IMG/VR virus record: IMGVR_UViG_3300048032_000927
Location: 1 to 64,000 of that record
Source: a virus
DNA: 64,000 bases
Reading direction: 5' to 3' (one strand)
Part shown: positions 46,358-55,837 of the stretch, piece by piece
Position numbering within the stretch: position 1 is the stretch's first letter
Layout of the letters: every line of letters starts with the position of its first letter
Notes under the pieces: model-generated
What the model was told of the DNA's origin: nothing
Seen by the model: the letters and a program-made list of their open reading frames with translations, nothing else
Database searches by the model: none
Position numbers and translations under genes: made by a program

Positions 46358-48276
46358 GATTGATTATAAAGTTCTAAGGCTGTTACATCTTTTCCATTGT
46401 GAACGTAATTCACGCTCTTTTGCGTAGAGACTGTCGGCATATAAGCGACTTGAAAATAACCCGTATGATCTGACTTACCCTCTAGAAAAAACAAACTATC
46501 CATACTAGGCGAATAAGGTATCAATTGATGAACAGCAGGATTATCTTCAATCAAACTATAAAAATCAGGATTAGTGATTACATATAAATTATGATCAGGA
46601 TAAAGTTGTTTAAGGTTTTCGAGTAAAGAATTAACCAAAATAACATCTGATGCGGCCATTGGAATAACTACAGCTATTCTTTTATCAGGGCCTTCATTAT
46701 CTAAATATTCTTCGATTGCATTAGTTTGATTAACTTCGTCATTATTTTTTTGAGCAACCTGCTTGAAGTATTTTAATACATCTTCCCTGCTTCTTCCTTT
46801 CGATATTTCATTCATCCAATATTTGTGGCCATCATCACTAGTTGGATCACATTCAACATTTAAAATGTTTGTATATAAATCAACCAGCCAATCTGAATCA
46901 GACTCTATATGAGGAGGGTTATAATCAGGGTTTTTAAGTTTTTCGGAAAAGTCAAAATCCCAATCTACCTCTGGCAGATCATCTATGAATTTTTCAAGTT
47001 TCCCACCAACCACTTTCGGTGAATAATTATTCAGAACAAACTGTCTAGCTCTCCTCCCGAACTCTTTCTTTTTTGAGTCTTTCATTTTGTAAACTTTATT
47101 TAATTGTTTACAGATACTAGAAGGGAATGTACTTGCTTTTATAAATTGTGTTCCTGGTTCGCGATATTCCGCCCATTCCAGAGGGAAGCCGCCGCTCTCG
47201 CTTGTTACGTGTTCTTCTCCACAGCTATAATTTGTCACAAGAGTAATAAGCTCGGTTAGTTTAGCCTCCTGAATAGGTATCTCTTGTCCGCCGCTAGTAA
47301 AAGGGTGACAATATACATCCATCAGGTTATAGATTTCATTGAGTTGATTCTCGGAAACACCTGCGGTAACATTTGTGGTATTTACAGTTTTTGAACTTTT
47401 ACAAAACTTGCAGTCAAGTTCTTGACCAGCAAAAGGTTTAACCTCGAAGCTCTTGCATTTCTTGCAGAAATAAGTAGTCAAAATATCAGAGGGATTAATG
47501 TTTTTTTCTTTTATTAATCTCTTGATGTCCCATCCTTCTGCCCAATTCGTATGCAATAGTAATTTCGTGTCAAGAGAAGGGTTCTGCTTTTTAAACTGAA
47601 CAAATCCATCGAGTAAGTTTGGTACGCTTTTCCTTAATTGATTGCGAAAAACAAAACCAATGACAAAACAATCTTGAGCTATACCGTAGGCATTTCTAGA
47701 TGTTAACTTAAATTCATCTGAAAGTTTGAAGAAGTTTTGATCTTCAACTATTCCATGCATAGTCTTCACATGGGCATGCCCGAGTTTACCCATTTCTCTT
47801 TCAGCGAAACCGGCCCAAGTAAAATAATTTTTTATATGAGGCGCAGCTTCTACAGCTAACGGTAATATTGGTTCAGAGTCCAAAGTTGTCCAGACTGCAC
47901 AATGCATTTTATTCCACCATTTCCTCTCCCAATATTTATTAAAAGCCCAAATATCTTCGGCGCCAATATAAATGTCGGGTTGAATTTCTTTGATTAGTTC
48001 ATCAATCATTTCAGAACCATAACCTGCAGCTCTTGCGAGACCTTGGTCTTGATTGATTTTTTGCATTCTAGCTTTATCGTCAGGAAGCGTTCCAAAGCAT
48101 TTCCATGGTAATTTAGATAAGGAAGGATGTGACTTCGAGAAACCGTTACATGCTTCAATTATTTCATACTTACCTGTCTTATACAAATAGCTTAAAACAT
48201 TTTTGCAATTTTTGCCAAACCCAGTAAATGCTTTACTATGGTTACTGTGAAATAATATTTTTTTCTTCTTAGGCAT
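46354..48276 (-). CDS. Multidomain glycosyltransferase: GT4 (with Zn-ribbon insert) + DUF4214-like helical domain + GT9 N-terminal domain
   Basis: TGFG; IGFVFRNQLRK; CKKC...CKFC; LNEIYNLMDVYCHPFTSGGQEIPIQEA; LVDLYTNILN...DDGHKYW...SREDVLKYF; IAVVIPMAASDVILVNSLLENLKQLYPD...LIEDNPAV. Confidence 0.75.
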   Translation of the reverse strand: MPKKKKILFHSNHSKAFTGFGKNCKNVLSYLYKTGKYEIIEACNGFSKSHPSLSKLPWKCFGTLPDDKARMQKINQDQGLARAAGYGSEMIDELIKEIQPDIYIGAEDIWAFNKYWERKWWNKMHCAVWTTLDSEPILPLAVEAAPHIKNYFTWAGFAEREMGKLGHAHVKTMHGIVEDQNFFKLSDEFKLTSRNAYGIAQDCFVIGFVFRNQLRKSVPNLLDGFVQFKKQNPSLDTKLLLHTNWAEGWDIKRLIKEKNINPSDILTTYFCKKCKSFEVKPFAGQELDCKFCKSSKTVNTTNVTAGVSENQLNEIYNLMDVYCHPFTSGGQEIPIQEAKLTELITLVTNYSCGEEHVTSESGGFPLEWAEYREPGTQFIKASTFPSSICKQLNKVYKMKDSKKKEFGRRARQFVLNNYSPKVVGGKLEKFIDDLPEVDWDFDFSEKLKNPDYNPPHIESDSDWLVDLYTNILNVECDPTSDDGHKYWMNEISKGRSREDVLKYFKQVAQKNNDEVNQTNAIEEYLDNEGPDKRIAVVIPMAASDVILVNSLLENLKQLYPDHNLYVITNPDFYSLIEDNPAVHQLIPYSPSMDSLFFLEGKSDHTGYFQVAYMPTVSTQKSVNYVHNGKDVTALELYNQS

Positions 48277-48799
48277 CGAAGGGTTCTGTATAGGACTTAT
48301 TGAATCTGTGTTGATAGATTTTATTTAATAGTAACTTTAGAAATGAAACTACGCATTCGCATTCTCCCGGTTCAAGGGAAAGCTTGAAACTATTACCTCC
48401 CGACTTAGATATCGTCATACCAAAAGCTGGAACTGTTTGTTTTGATTCTGAGAATTCTTTAGTTTTAGGATTATAACTTTTGATCGTAGCTACTTTATCC
48501 CAAGGTGTGAATTTGATAGTGGTTTTGTTGTCATTGCTTTGATGGTATGTGCTCCATTCGTATCGTTTTTCAATGCAGTTGATAATTGCGCCACACTCAA
48601 ACTCATTAAATTTTACTGTAACAGTTTTTTCTGGATTATTTGAGTTACCCTGAAAGGTTCCTGAGCCGTTATTCCATGAATATTGAGATATTCCGTTTAC
48701 GAACAAAACAGGTTCACCGCTTTTTTTATCGTTACCGACTGAAAATGAAAAGCCGAAGCCTGAGTTACTTTTATTTGGTTTGTATATTTGAATACTCAT
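48269..48799 (-). CDS. Hypothetical protein resembling Whirly/PC4-type ssDNA-binding fold
   Basis: Probable start ATG 48799. Duplicated beta-beta-beta-beta-alpha pattern: IQIYK...TVKFNEFECGAII...YH...FKLSLEPGECECVVSFL. Confidence 0.45.
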   Translation of the reverse strand: MSIQIYKPNKSNSGFGFSFSVGNDKKSGEPVLFVNGISQYSWNNGSGTFQGNSNNPEKTVTVKFNEFECGAIINCIEKRYEWSTYHQSNDNKTTIKFTPWDKVATIKSYNPKTKEFSESKQTVPAFGMTISKSGGNSFKLSLEPGECECVVSFLKLLLNKIYQHRFNKSYTEPFDA

Positions 48800-48800
48800 A

Positions 48801-49187
48801 TTAATCAAAGTCTATTTTTACGTTCTTACTCTCATATGTTTGCTTTACTTGATCAGGATGTTTGGCGCCATTTCTTTCTTTGGAGTAATTGTTATAGTAT
48901 TTTTGTTTCAATGGATCAACGCCTCCATTTTCACTTGCTCTTTTAGCTGAAAGTTCGGCACTGCGATCCAAAAGATCGCCCATAGTTCCTTTGCCATTCG
49001 ATGTTTTGTTTACGAAATCTGCATTGCTCCATGGATCAATTGAGGCTTCAGTATTTAACTGCGGTGAAGAGTATAATCTTTTCCATTCCAAACCATTTTC
49101 ATCTATATATTTTTTTTCATCATTCATCCCGAAGAAAGCTTCTACAACTTCTTCTGTTTTAGGATTCTGGAATAAATAAATAGGCAT
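48801..49187 (-). CDS. FmdB-like (degenerate zinc-ribbon) phage protein
   Basis: N-terminal MPIYLFQNPKTEEVVE...WKRLYSSP resembles the FmdB MPxY family but lacks the cysteines. Confidence 0.5.
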   Translation of the reverse strand: MPIYLFQNPKTEEVVEAFFGMNDEKKYIDENGLEWKRLYSSPQLNTEASIDPWSNADFVNKTSNGKGTMGDLLDRSAELSAKRASENGGVDPLKQKYYNNYSKERNGAKHPDQVKQTYESKNVKIDFD

Positions 49188-49195
49188 TGTCTCAG

Positions 49196-49224
49196 ATTAT
49201 ATCACGCAAACACCTAAAAGTCAA
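49196..49224 (-). promoter_or_regulatory. Strong sigma70-type promoter
   Basis: Minus strand reads TTGACT-N17-TATAAT with an extended TGn, ending 8 nt before ATG 49187. Confidence 0.8.
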
Positions 49225-49521
49225 TTACTTTTTATCTAATTTATTGGCGCCCAATTGTATTAGATCTAATAAGGAATCGAAAAACCAACAAAGCGCAGCC
49301 GAAGCAAAAGGAAAAGTAAAATAATAAACCTCCTGCTCTATATTATAAAACAATCCACCGATAAAAAGACCACACCAGAAACCAAGACATAAACTACAAT
49401 TAAATAATTCTTTAATTATTGAGAATTTATTGCATATAAAATTTCTTGGTTTGTTTAATATAGATCCATATCTAAGAATCCACATTAAACCAAGGCATGA
49501 GACTAATTTAAGAGTTATCAA
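49225..49521 (-). CDS. Small membrane protein with CxxC (DUF1360-like)
   Basis: Hydrophobic segments and ELFNCSLCLGFWCG. Confidence 0.55.
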   Translation of the reverse strand: MITLKLVSCLGLMWILRYGSILNKPRNFICNKFSIIKELFNCSLCLGFWCGLFIGGLFYNIEQEVYYFTFPFASAALCWFFDSLLDLIQLGANKLDKK

Positions 49522-49696
49522 GCTCTTCTAACGCTTCTTGTATAACAGTTAGTTGTTCTTTCGAAAGTAAAACTTGACCCCCGAAATCATCAGTTAAGGA
49601 ATACATTTCCTCTTGATCTTCAGATTTTTTGAGCGCAGGGCAGCGACCTTTTCCACAGCATAATAATACGGAATTTCCTTCTCTTTTTACATTCAT
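49508..49696 (-). CDS. Small hypothetical protein
   Basis: 62 aa, overlap-coupled in the operon. Contains LCCGKGRCP and TDDFGG. Confidence 0.6.
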   Translation of the reverse strand: MNVKREGNSVLLCCGKGRCPALKKSEDQEEMYSLTDDFGGQVLLSKEQLTVIQEALEELDNS

Positions 49697-50778
49697 GATT
49701 TTATTAGTTTTAGTATTTGGTTTACAGTGTTTGAGTAAGTAAATGTTTCTTTTAATTTAACGCCTTCTTCATTTCTTTTTTGATATCTATTCAAGGATTC
49801 ATCTATGGCACTGTAAAAGCTTTCGTTTGAAAAGCAGTTTAGTTTGCCTTGATTGAATTCCTGACCTTTTTGAAAGAATACGTTATCATAAATTTCTTCT
49901 TGAGATGAGGGTTCTATCAAGATGGAGTTTTCTTTTGTTGCCCAATCTTTATGGGATGTTGAGTTTAAAACTATACTCCATTTACCGAGACAGGTGGAAT
50001 TAAATGCAGGTAGGTTCCATCCTTCGGCTCCACTTAAACCGCTAAGATTAATGTCGATAGAGTTGTAGAGCTCATTCATTTCTTGGTTTGTCTTGAGGTA
50101 AGGTAGGAAATTTATATTAGTATACCGTTTTCCTTTCAAGGCTTGAGCAATTAAACCCTTCATTTGGTCTTCCTTGAAGAAAGGATTTGTTATGCAGCAA
50201 GTTAATTGATAGTCATTATTGTTGCCGTATTTTTCAGCCCAAAGATTAATAATAGCGGCGGTATGTTTTCTTTTTTCAAATTTACCGACTAAGCCAAAGT
50301 GAACCTTGTTTTCTAAATAAGTCTTTCCGGTCTCTTCGAAATCCTCATCAAAGCCAATTGGTATATATTCAGTATTCTCGCATCCGGAGTCTTTGAAGCA
50401 GTCTTGAGCATGAGTGCTACTAAAAATAGTCTTTTCATTTAGCTTAGTTAAGCTTATTTCTGCAGTAGTAGGCTCATCACATTCATAAAAAGTATAAAGA
50501 AAACTTCTTGAGCCAACAGAAGATTCTGAGCCATTCAGGTGCCACATTCTTAATGATGGATTATTTTTATCTAAGTTTTTAAATCTAGATTCATAAGAGT
50601 CAAGAACCCACTTTTTGAAATCCTCAGAGATTTTATCGTAAGCATCAAAGTCTAGCTTATTCCCTATTGGGAAGAAACAGATTTTTTGATCTAATTTATG
50701 AAGCTCTCTTAACATATTGATAGATACGTTGCCAAAGCTAAGTGAGTTTATCGGTCCGCTAAAATTTAAGTATTCCAT
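49693..50778 (-). CDS. Glycosyltransferase family 4
   Basis: Probable start ATG 50778. SLSFG, IPIGFD, VGKFEKRK, MNELYNSID...AEGWNLPAF. Confidence 0.85.
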   Translation of the reverse strand: MEYLNFSGPINSLSFGNVSINMLRELHKLDQKICFFPIGNKLDFDAYDKISEDFKKWVLDSYESRFKNLDKNNPSLRMWHLNGSESSVGSRSFLYTFYECDEPTTAEISLTKLNEKTIFSSTHAQDCFKDSGCENTEYIPIGFDEDFEETGKTYLENKVHFGLVGKFEKRKHTAAIINLWAEKYGNNNDYQLTCCITNPFFKEDQMKGLIAQALKGKRYTNINFLPYLKTNQEMNELYNSIDINLSGLSGAEGWNLPAFNSTCLGKWSIVLNSTSHKDWATKENSILIEPSSQEEIYDNVFFQKGQEFNQGKLNCFSNESFYSAIDESLNRYQKRNEEGVKLKETFTYSNTVNQILKLIKS

Positions 50779-50779
50779 A

Positions 50780-51163
50780 TTAAAAGGGCATATCTGCCTC
50801 GTCAATTATTTCTTTTATACTATCTGAAGGTTTTGGGTTTTCAATTTTTTTATCTTCTTCTCTTTTGCCGTTAGGTAGGAACCTTACGAGATCTGCGCCG
50901 ATGTAAAATTTTTGACGCTTGGTTCCGTTTTTATCTTCCCATTTGTTTACCTTAACTTTACCCTCTACGTAAACACAGGATCCTTTTGAGAGATATTTCG
51001 CGCAATTATCTGCAACCTTATTCCAGCACTCAATATCCATGAATATAACTTCATCTTTGGATGAGTTGATTGCTATCGGGAAACTACATTTATTGTAGTC
51101 TCCTAATTCTTTCATTTCTGGAGATCTTGTTAAATTTCCTATTCCGATGAATTTATTGATCAT
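50780..51163 (-). CDS. ssb: Single-stranded DNA-binding protein
   Basis: INKFIGIGNLTRSPE, ECWNKVA...YLSKGSCVYVEG, W..K.G, and an acidic tail DEADMPF. Confidence 0.95.
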   Translation of the reverse strand: MINKFIGIGNLTRSPEMKELGDYNKCSFPIAINSSKDEVIFMDIECWNKVADNCAKYLSKGSCVYVEGKVKVNKWEDKNGTKRQKFYIGADLVRFLPNGKREEDKKIENPKPSDSIKEIIDEADMPF

Positions 51164-51768
51164 ATGTCTCTACTTAGTTCTTTCTTGATTTTAGTTATAG
51201 CTTTATTGTGAATATTTATGCAGCCTTGTATGCTTAGGTCTAGGCTGTCTCCGATTTGTTTCCAAGGAGTCACTTTATTAGTCCCGGGATCCATGTATCT
51301 CATTTTGAATATTCTTGATATTCTTGGATCAGGATCTTTTGAGGCGATAGACATAACTTTGTCTAGGAATTCTTTGGTGATTGATTTTTCGTTTTCATTT
51401 TCTTCCTCAGGTATATCTTTCATCTCTGGCTTGTCTATCTCTATTTCCTTGGAGGATTTATTTTTTGTTTTATTATAAAGGTTTAAACACATCCATCTCG
51501 TTTCATTCCCCAAGTATGTTGAGAATTTAGTGTTTTTTGATTCATCGTATTTCAGAGCGGCTTGATAAATGTAATAATTTTTATCGGAAATAAGCTCTGA
51601 CTTGTAAGTCGGCGTTGAGCTGGTGACACTTGGCGTATAGTTATGAACCATGGTCATGTATATTCCGCTATGCCGCGAAACTAACTCCATCAGGCATTCA
51701 CCTGAATTGCTTTCTTGCCTTAAGCTATCAATAAGCTCTGCATCTGACATGTCTTCGATATTTTTCAT
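51160..51768 (-). CDS. Phage-encoded sigma70-family RNA polymerase sigma factor
   Basis: Region 2-like YQAALKYDESKNTKFSTY. Region 4-like IFKMRY...TPWKQIGDSLDLSIQGCINIHNKAITKIK. Confidence 0.8.
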   Translation of the reverse strand: MKNIEDMSDAELIDSLRQESNSGECLMELVSRHSGIYMTMVHNYTPSVTSSTPTYKSELISDKNYYIYQAALKYDESKNTKFSTYLGNETRWMCLNLYNKTKNKSSKEIEIDKPEMKDIPEEENENEKSITKEFLDKVMSIASKDPDPRISRIFKMRYMDPGTNKVTPWKQIGDSLDLSIQGCINIHNKAITKIKKELSRDI

Positions 51769-51862
51769 AATTGAATTTTCTCCATGTTAACATAACATCT
51801 ATAGTAATGTCAACATTATTATTAGGTTTACGTGAGAATACATAAGATATACGTAAGATATA

Positions 51863-51884
51863 TCCTTAAACTAAAGTTTAAGGA
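51863..51884. other. Inverted repeat in the divergent intergenic region
   Basis: TCCTTAAACT-AA-AGTTTAAGGA, preceded by a tandem TAAGATATA at 51843 and 51854. Confidence 0.7.
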
Positions 51885-51889
51885 ATAAT

Positions 51890-51917
51890 ATTATAACAGA
51901 TTTTTAAAAAATGTCAA
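51890..51917 (-). promoter_or_regulatory. Consensus sigma70 promoter driving the sigma/ssb operon
   Basis: Minus strand reads TTGACA-N16-TATAAT with TGn. A second TTGACA-N18-TAACAT lies at 51813-51784. Confidence 0.7.
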
Positions 51918-52783
51918 CAAAAAAATTTAAAATTATTCTCATAAGTGATTTTAACTGCGATCAAAGTCCCGGCGGGGCGCAAGTAAGCAACGACCTAATT
52001 ATACAAGAGGGCTTAAAAAGAGGGCACGATATTAGACTTCATAACTATGATAGCTCGCCAGTGAATTTCTTGAGCAGCTATGACATTGTGATTAGCTCCA
52101 ACCTGGAGGTTATATATCAGGCGAGTAAAAATATTTTTGATTTCATCATTGACCACCCAAATCATGTTAGACTAGAACACGATTCATGTCTTTATTTGTC
52201 AACAGATGATAGAGTTAAGCTGTTTGAATCATCTAAGTTGAACTTCTTTCTCTCACAATACCATCTTGATTTTTTTATTTCAATGTATGGCGATATTTTT
52301 GGAGAAACAAAAATCGTAAGTGACCCCATAGATACAGATCTGTTCAATAAAAATAAATCAATTGAAAAGACGTATGATATAATTTATTGCGGACTAATAC
52401 ATGAGCTTAAGGGAATTAACAAACTACTTGAGTTTTCAAATAAAAATCCCAACAGACAGATAGATGTTTTTGGTTGGGGTAGGGCAAATATAAAATCAAT
52501 TTTCGAAAATTATCCTAATATCAATTTTAACGGTAAAATCAAACACAGCGAGATGCCAAAAGTATTTCAATCCTGCCAATCGGTTTTTCACAGTCCTATA
52601 GTTAATGAGCCTTTCTGTAGAATGGTTGCCGAATCTATATTGTGCGGAGTTGAAAGTATTATAGGTTCTCCAGAAAGAATTGGATCATATCTTGAGTATA
52701 AAAGATTGGGGCTTGATAAATTTAGAGATAATTGCGCAAATGCTCTAACTAATTTTTGGGAATCGCTGGAGAGTATAACATGA
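51911..52783 (+). CDS. Glycosyltransferase family 4
   Basis: PGGAQ; YCGLIHELKG; NEPFCRMVAESILCG (EX7E). Confidence 0.85.
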   Translation: MSTKKFKIILISDFNCDQSPGGAQVSNDLIIQEGLKRGHDIRLHNYDSSPVNFLSSYDIVISSNLEVIYQASKNIFDFIIDHPNHVRLEHDSCLYLSTDDRVKLFESSKLNFFLSQYHLDFFISMYGDIFGETKIVSDPIDTDLFNKNKSIEKTYDIIYCGLIHELKGINKLLEFSNKNPNRQIDVFGWGRANIKSIFENYPNINFNGKIKHSEMPKVFQSCQSVFHSPIVNEPFCRMVAESILCGVESIIGSPERIGSYLEYKRLGLDKFRDNCANALTNFWESLESIT

Positions 52784-53463
52784 TTACGGTTATATGTTCG
52801 GTCTATAACTCGGAAGAGTACCTGCCTAAATACTTAACTTATGTTAACGAACAATTTCTTAAGTGTTTTGAAATTATTTTTGTAGATGCAAACTCTAACG
52901 ATAGATCTTTACAATTGATTGAAGATTTTAAATTCAGAGATAACATATCAGTGAAGGTAATTAAAGAAAAATCAAGAGTTACAATATACGAAGCATGGAA
53001 CATAGCCATCAAAAATGCTTCGGGCGAATATATTGTCAATTGGAATACAGATGACATACTTTTCCAGTCTTCACTCCAAACATACAAATCGTATACAGAA
53101 AAACATCCAGACATAGATTTATTTTACGGACCGTGTTTTCTCTGCAAGTCTCAAGAAATCTCATCAATATTTAACATATACAATTGGCCTGAATATAGTC
53201 ACCGAACCCTACTTCAAAGATGCATTTGCGGTCCCTTTCCATTGGTCAGAAAATCTGCTATCGAGGACGTGAATTATTTTAGTGAAAAATATGTATCAAG
53301 CGGAGACTATGAAATGTGGCTTAAATTATCGAAAAACAATTATAAGTTTCAAAAAATACCCGAAACAATAGGGTGCTTTATGGATCGGCCTAATTCTGTC
53401 TCTCAGCAAAAAATACAGTTGGCGCAACAAGAAGATCGAGAAATACAAAATAAATATGCCTAG
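52780..53463 (+). CDS. Glycosyltransferase family 2
   Basis: Start ATG 52780 (ATGA overlap). ITVICSVYN, IIFVDANSND, IYEAWN, WNTDD, GDYEMWL. Confidence 0.9.
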   Translation: MITVICSVYNSEEYLPKYLTYVNEQFLKCFEIIFVDANSNDRSLQLIEDFKFRDNISVKVIKEKSRVTIYEAWNIAIKNASGEYIVNWNTDDILFQSSLQTYKSYTEKHPDIDLFYGPCFLCKSQEISSIFNIYNWPEYSHRTLLQRCICGPFPLVRKSAIEDVNYFSEKYVSSGDYEMWLKLSKNNYKFQKIPETIGCFMDRPNSVSQQKIQLAQQEDREIQNKYA

Positions 53464-54172
53464 ACCATTCGAAGCCTGCAATTATATTGATATAAATGGA
53501 ATTGACTACATGTATCTCAATGACGATTCCCCAGATCTCGCTTATCAATCAAGCGAAATAAGTTTTGTAGCACAACCGATAGCCGATAAAATCACAAACA
53601 AGCGTCATAATGTAATAACCGTCCCCCTTATGATGACGGATGAATGGGAGATAATAAAAGAAAACCCTGCGTTAATACCAAAACTTAGATCAAATAAAAA
53701 AATACACACATTTAATTTTGTCGGTCAGTGCAATTATATGGGTAGGCACATATTTAAATCACTAAATTTATCTAATTACGATTTCGAGGAAACACAAACA
53801 GTCTACAACCTCAAAAAACCAGAAAAAAAACAAAAATTAATCCACTTCCTAAATCGAATATCAGAATCTAAGTTCGTATTTTGCCCAAGAGGAATTGGAT
53901 CCAGTTCTTTTCGAGCATACCAATCGATGATGTCTGGGTCTATTCCGATCATAACAGGAATGAATGATTATCCATTTGAAGATGAAGTAGACTGGGATGA
54001 AATATCAATCAGAGGTAGCTTGGAAAATATTAAATTATTAATTGATACTGCTTTAAATATGCAAGATTTTGAATACAATAAAATGAAGAAAAAATGCACT
54101 TGGTTTTGGGACAATTACTGCAAGCACGATATGTTATATAATTTTTTAGCGCAAAAAGTAAATGAGCAATAG
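53456..54172 (+). CDS. Exostosin-like glycosyltransferase (GT47)
   Basis: SKFVFCPRGIGSSSFRAYQSMMSGSIPII...YPFEDEVDW. Confidence 0.8.
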   Translation: MPRPFEACNYIDINGIDYMYLNDDSPDLAYQSSEISFVAQPIADKITNKRHNVITVPLMMTDEWEIIKENPALIPKLRSNKKIHTFNFVGQCNYMGRHIFKSLNLSNYDFEETQTVYNLKKPEKKQKLIHFLNRISESKFVFCPRGIGSSSFRAYQSMMSGSIPIITGMNDYPFEDEVDWDEISIRGSLENIKLLIDTALNMQDFEYNKMKKKCTWFWDNYCKHDMLYNFLAQKVNEQ

Positions 54173-54950
54173 CTTAATAATTAATGGTTCTCGCGCTGGA
54201 TTCTTTTCTATGTTTAGAGGTACAGTGGGTACACTATTAATATGCGAACAACAAGCATTAACACCATTCATTGATTGGAAAAATACTCTATATAACGATA
54301 GCCCAAACGATAATGCATGGGAATATTATTTTGAAAATATATCTGATCTTGATCCTGAAAATTATACTACAGCAAGATGTCACAACATTCTCCCAAGAGA
54401 ATACAACACTAGACTAACCATGAACAGGTTAATAAATAAATATGTCAAAATCAAGTCTGATATAAATAAAAAAATCGAAATTATAGTCAAAGAATTAGGA
54501 AAAAATCCGCTTGGTGTTCATATAAGGATGACTGATAAAATAAACTGCACTTCTCATGGCGAGCCTGAAAGCGGAAAACCAATTTCAATTGATTTATACA
54601 AAAAGCATATTGATAAAAATTTACAAGAACATGGCTCTAAATTTTTTCTAGCAACTGACGATGAGTCTGCGGCTGAAGAAATTAAAACTGAATATGGCGA
54701 AAATGTCATAACCACTAATTCAATTAGATCAACAGGCACAAAAAGCATTCACCATCACTTGGCTGGAAATAACAGAATAAAGGGTGAGCAAGTTTTAATT
54801 GACTGCCTTGTATTAAGTAGATGCAAACATATCATTAAAGGTATTAGTAATGTTGCTTTATGCGCCATGTTCTGGAATCTAGACTTGACATGCGATAATC
54901 TCAATTCTATATACAACGGCGACTCGAGAGAAGATTTTGTGCATGAATAA
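54162..54950 (+). CDS. Fucosyltransferase, NodZ/GT23-like
   Basis: AGFFS; NAWEYYFE; LGVHIRMTDK; FFLATDD; IDCLVLSRCKHII...SNVA. Confidence 0.8.
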   Translation: MSNSLIINGSRAGFFSMFRGTVGTLLICEQQALTPFIDWKNTLYNDSPNDNAWEYYFENISDLDPENYTTARCHNILPREYNTRLTMNRLINKYVKIKSDINKKIEIIVKELGKNPLGVHIRMTDKINCTSHGEPESGKPISIDLYKKHIDKNLQEHGSKFFLATDDESAAEEIKTEYGENVITTNSIRSTGTKSIHHHLAGNNRIKGEQVLIDCLVLSRCKHIIKGISNVALCAMFWNLDLTCDNLNSIYNGDSREDFVHE

Positions 54951-55794
54951 GATTAGTAGTGAGCCGTTTTTGAGTGGATATACTTATCGTTCACTAGCAA
55001 GTCAGGCAATATGTGACAATGGCGATACTCGTTACATGAAATCTACATGTAATGGTATAAATCCTAATGAAGTTATTGAAAACGAACTCTTATATGTAAC
55101 CGGAAATCAAACCAAAAGATTTTTTATAGAAATCGCGCCAAAAATTAAAAACAAGTTTTCGGTTATCACAGCTCAAACGGACCCAGGGGTTGATGCTTCT
55201 TATGTCAAATTACTCCCAGATAATTTAGTTACTTGGTGGTCAATTAATGTTCACGTAGATCACTCAAAAATTAAACCAATTCCACTAGGCTTACAAAATT
55301 TGCACTGGCGGTATAATGGAAATATTCAAAGTGACCCAGAAACTTATAAGAAATACCAACCTAACCCTAAAGAAAAAAAAATACTAGGCTCCTTTTCGGT
55401 TCAGAACAACCATCATGAAAGAAGTACATGTTTAAACGCAGCAAAAAAAATCAACTGTGACTTCAGAATGTTCAAATCCGAAGATAGAAAAAATGAAAGT
55501 TACGTTGATGATTATTTTAATACAGTGTCAAGATATAAATTTGTGCTGTGTCCTTGGGGTGCAGGAATTGACACCCATAGATTATGGGAAACCTTGTATT
55601 TAGGTTCAATACCCATCACCAGACGTCACAGAGTTTATCGTGATTTTGAGGATTTTCCTATATTATTTCTGGACGATTGGCTAGAACTTATTGAAATAGA
55701 TTTTGAATCAACGTACAATTACTACAAAGAGAAATTACAAACAGAAAATAGAATTTATTTTGAATACTGGAATAATAAAATTATTTCAACATAA
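54943..55794 (+). CDS. Exostosin-like (GT47-related) glycosyltransferase
   Basis: PIPLGL; YKFVLCPWGAGIDTHRLWETLYLGSIPI; PILFLDDW. Confidence 0.75.
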   Translation: MNKISSEPFLSGYTYRSLASQAICDNGDTRYMKSTCNGINPNEVIENELLYVTGNQTKRFFIEIAPKIKNKFSVITAQTDPGVDASYVKLLPDNLVTWWSINVHVDHSKIKPIPLGLQNLHWRYNGNIQSDPETYKKYQPNPKEKKILGSFSVQNNHHERSTCLNAAKKINCDFRMFKSEDRKNESYVDDYFNTVSRYKFVLCPWGAGIDTHRLWETLYLGSIPITRRHRVYRDFEDFPILFLDDWLELIEIDFESTYNYYKEKLQTENRIYFEYWNNKIIST

Positions 55795-55837
55795 AGAAGA
55801 GAAGGCTTCTGTTAATTAGTGAATATAATTATATGAT

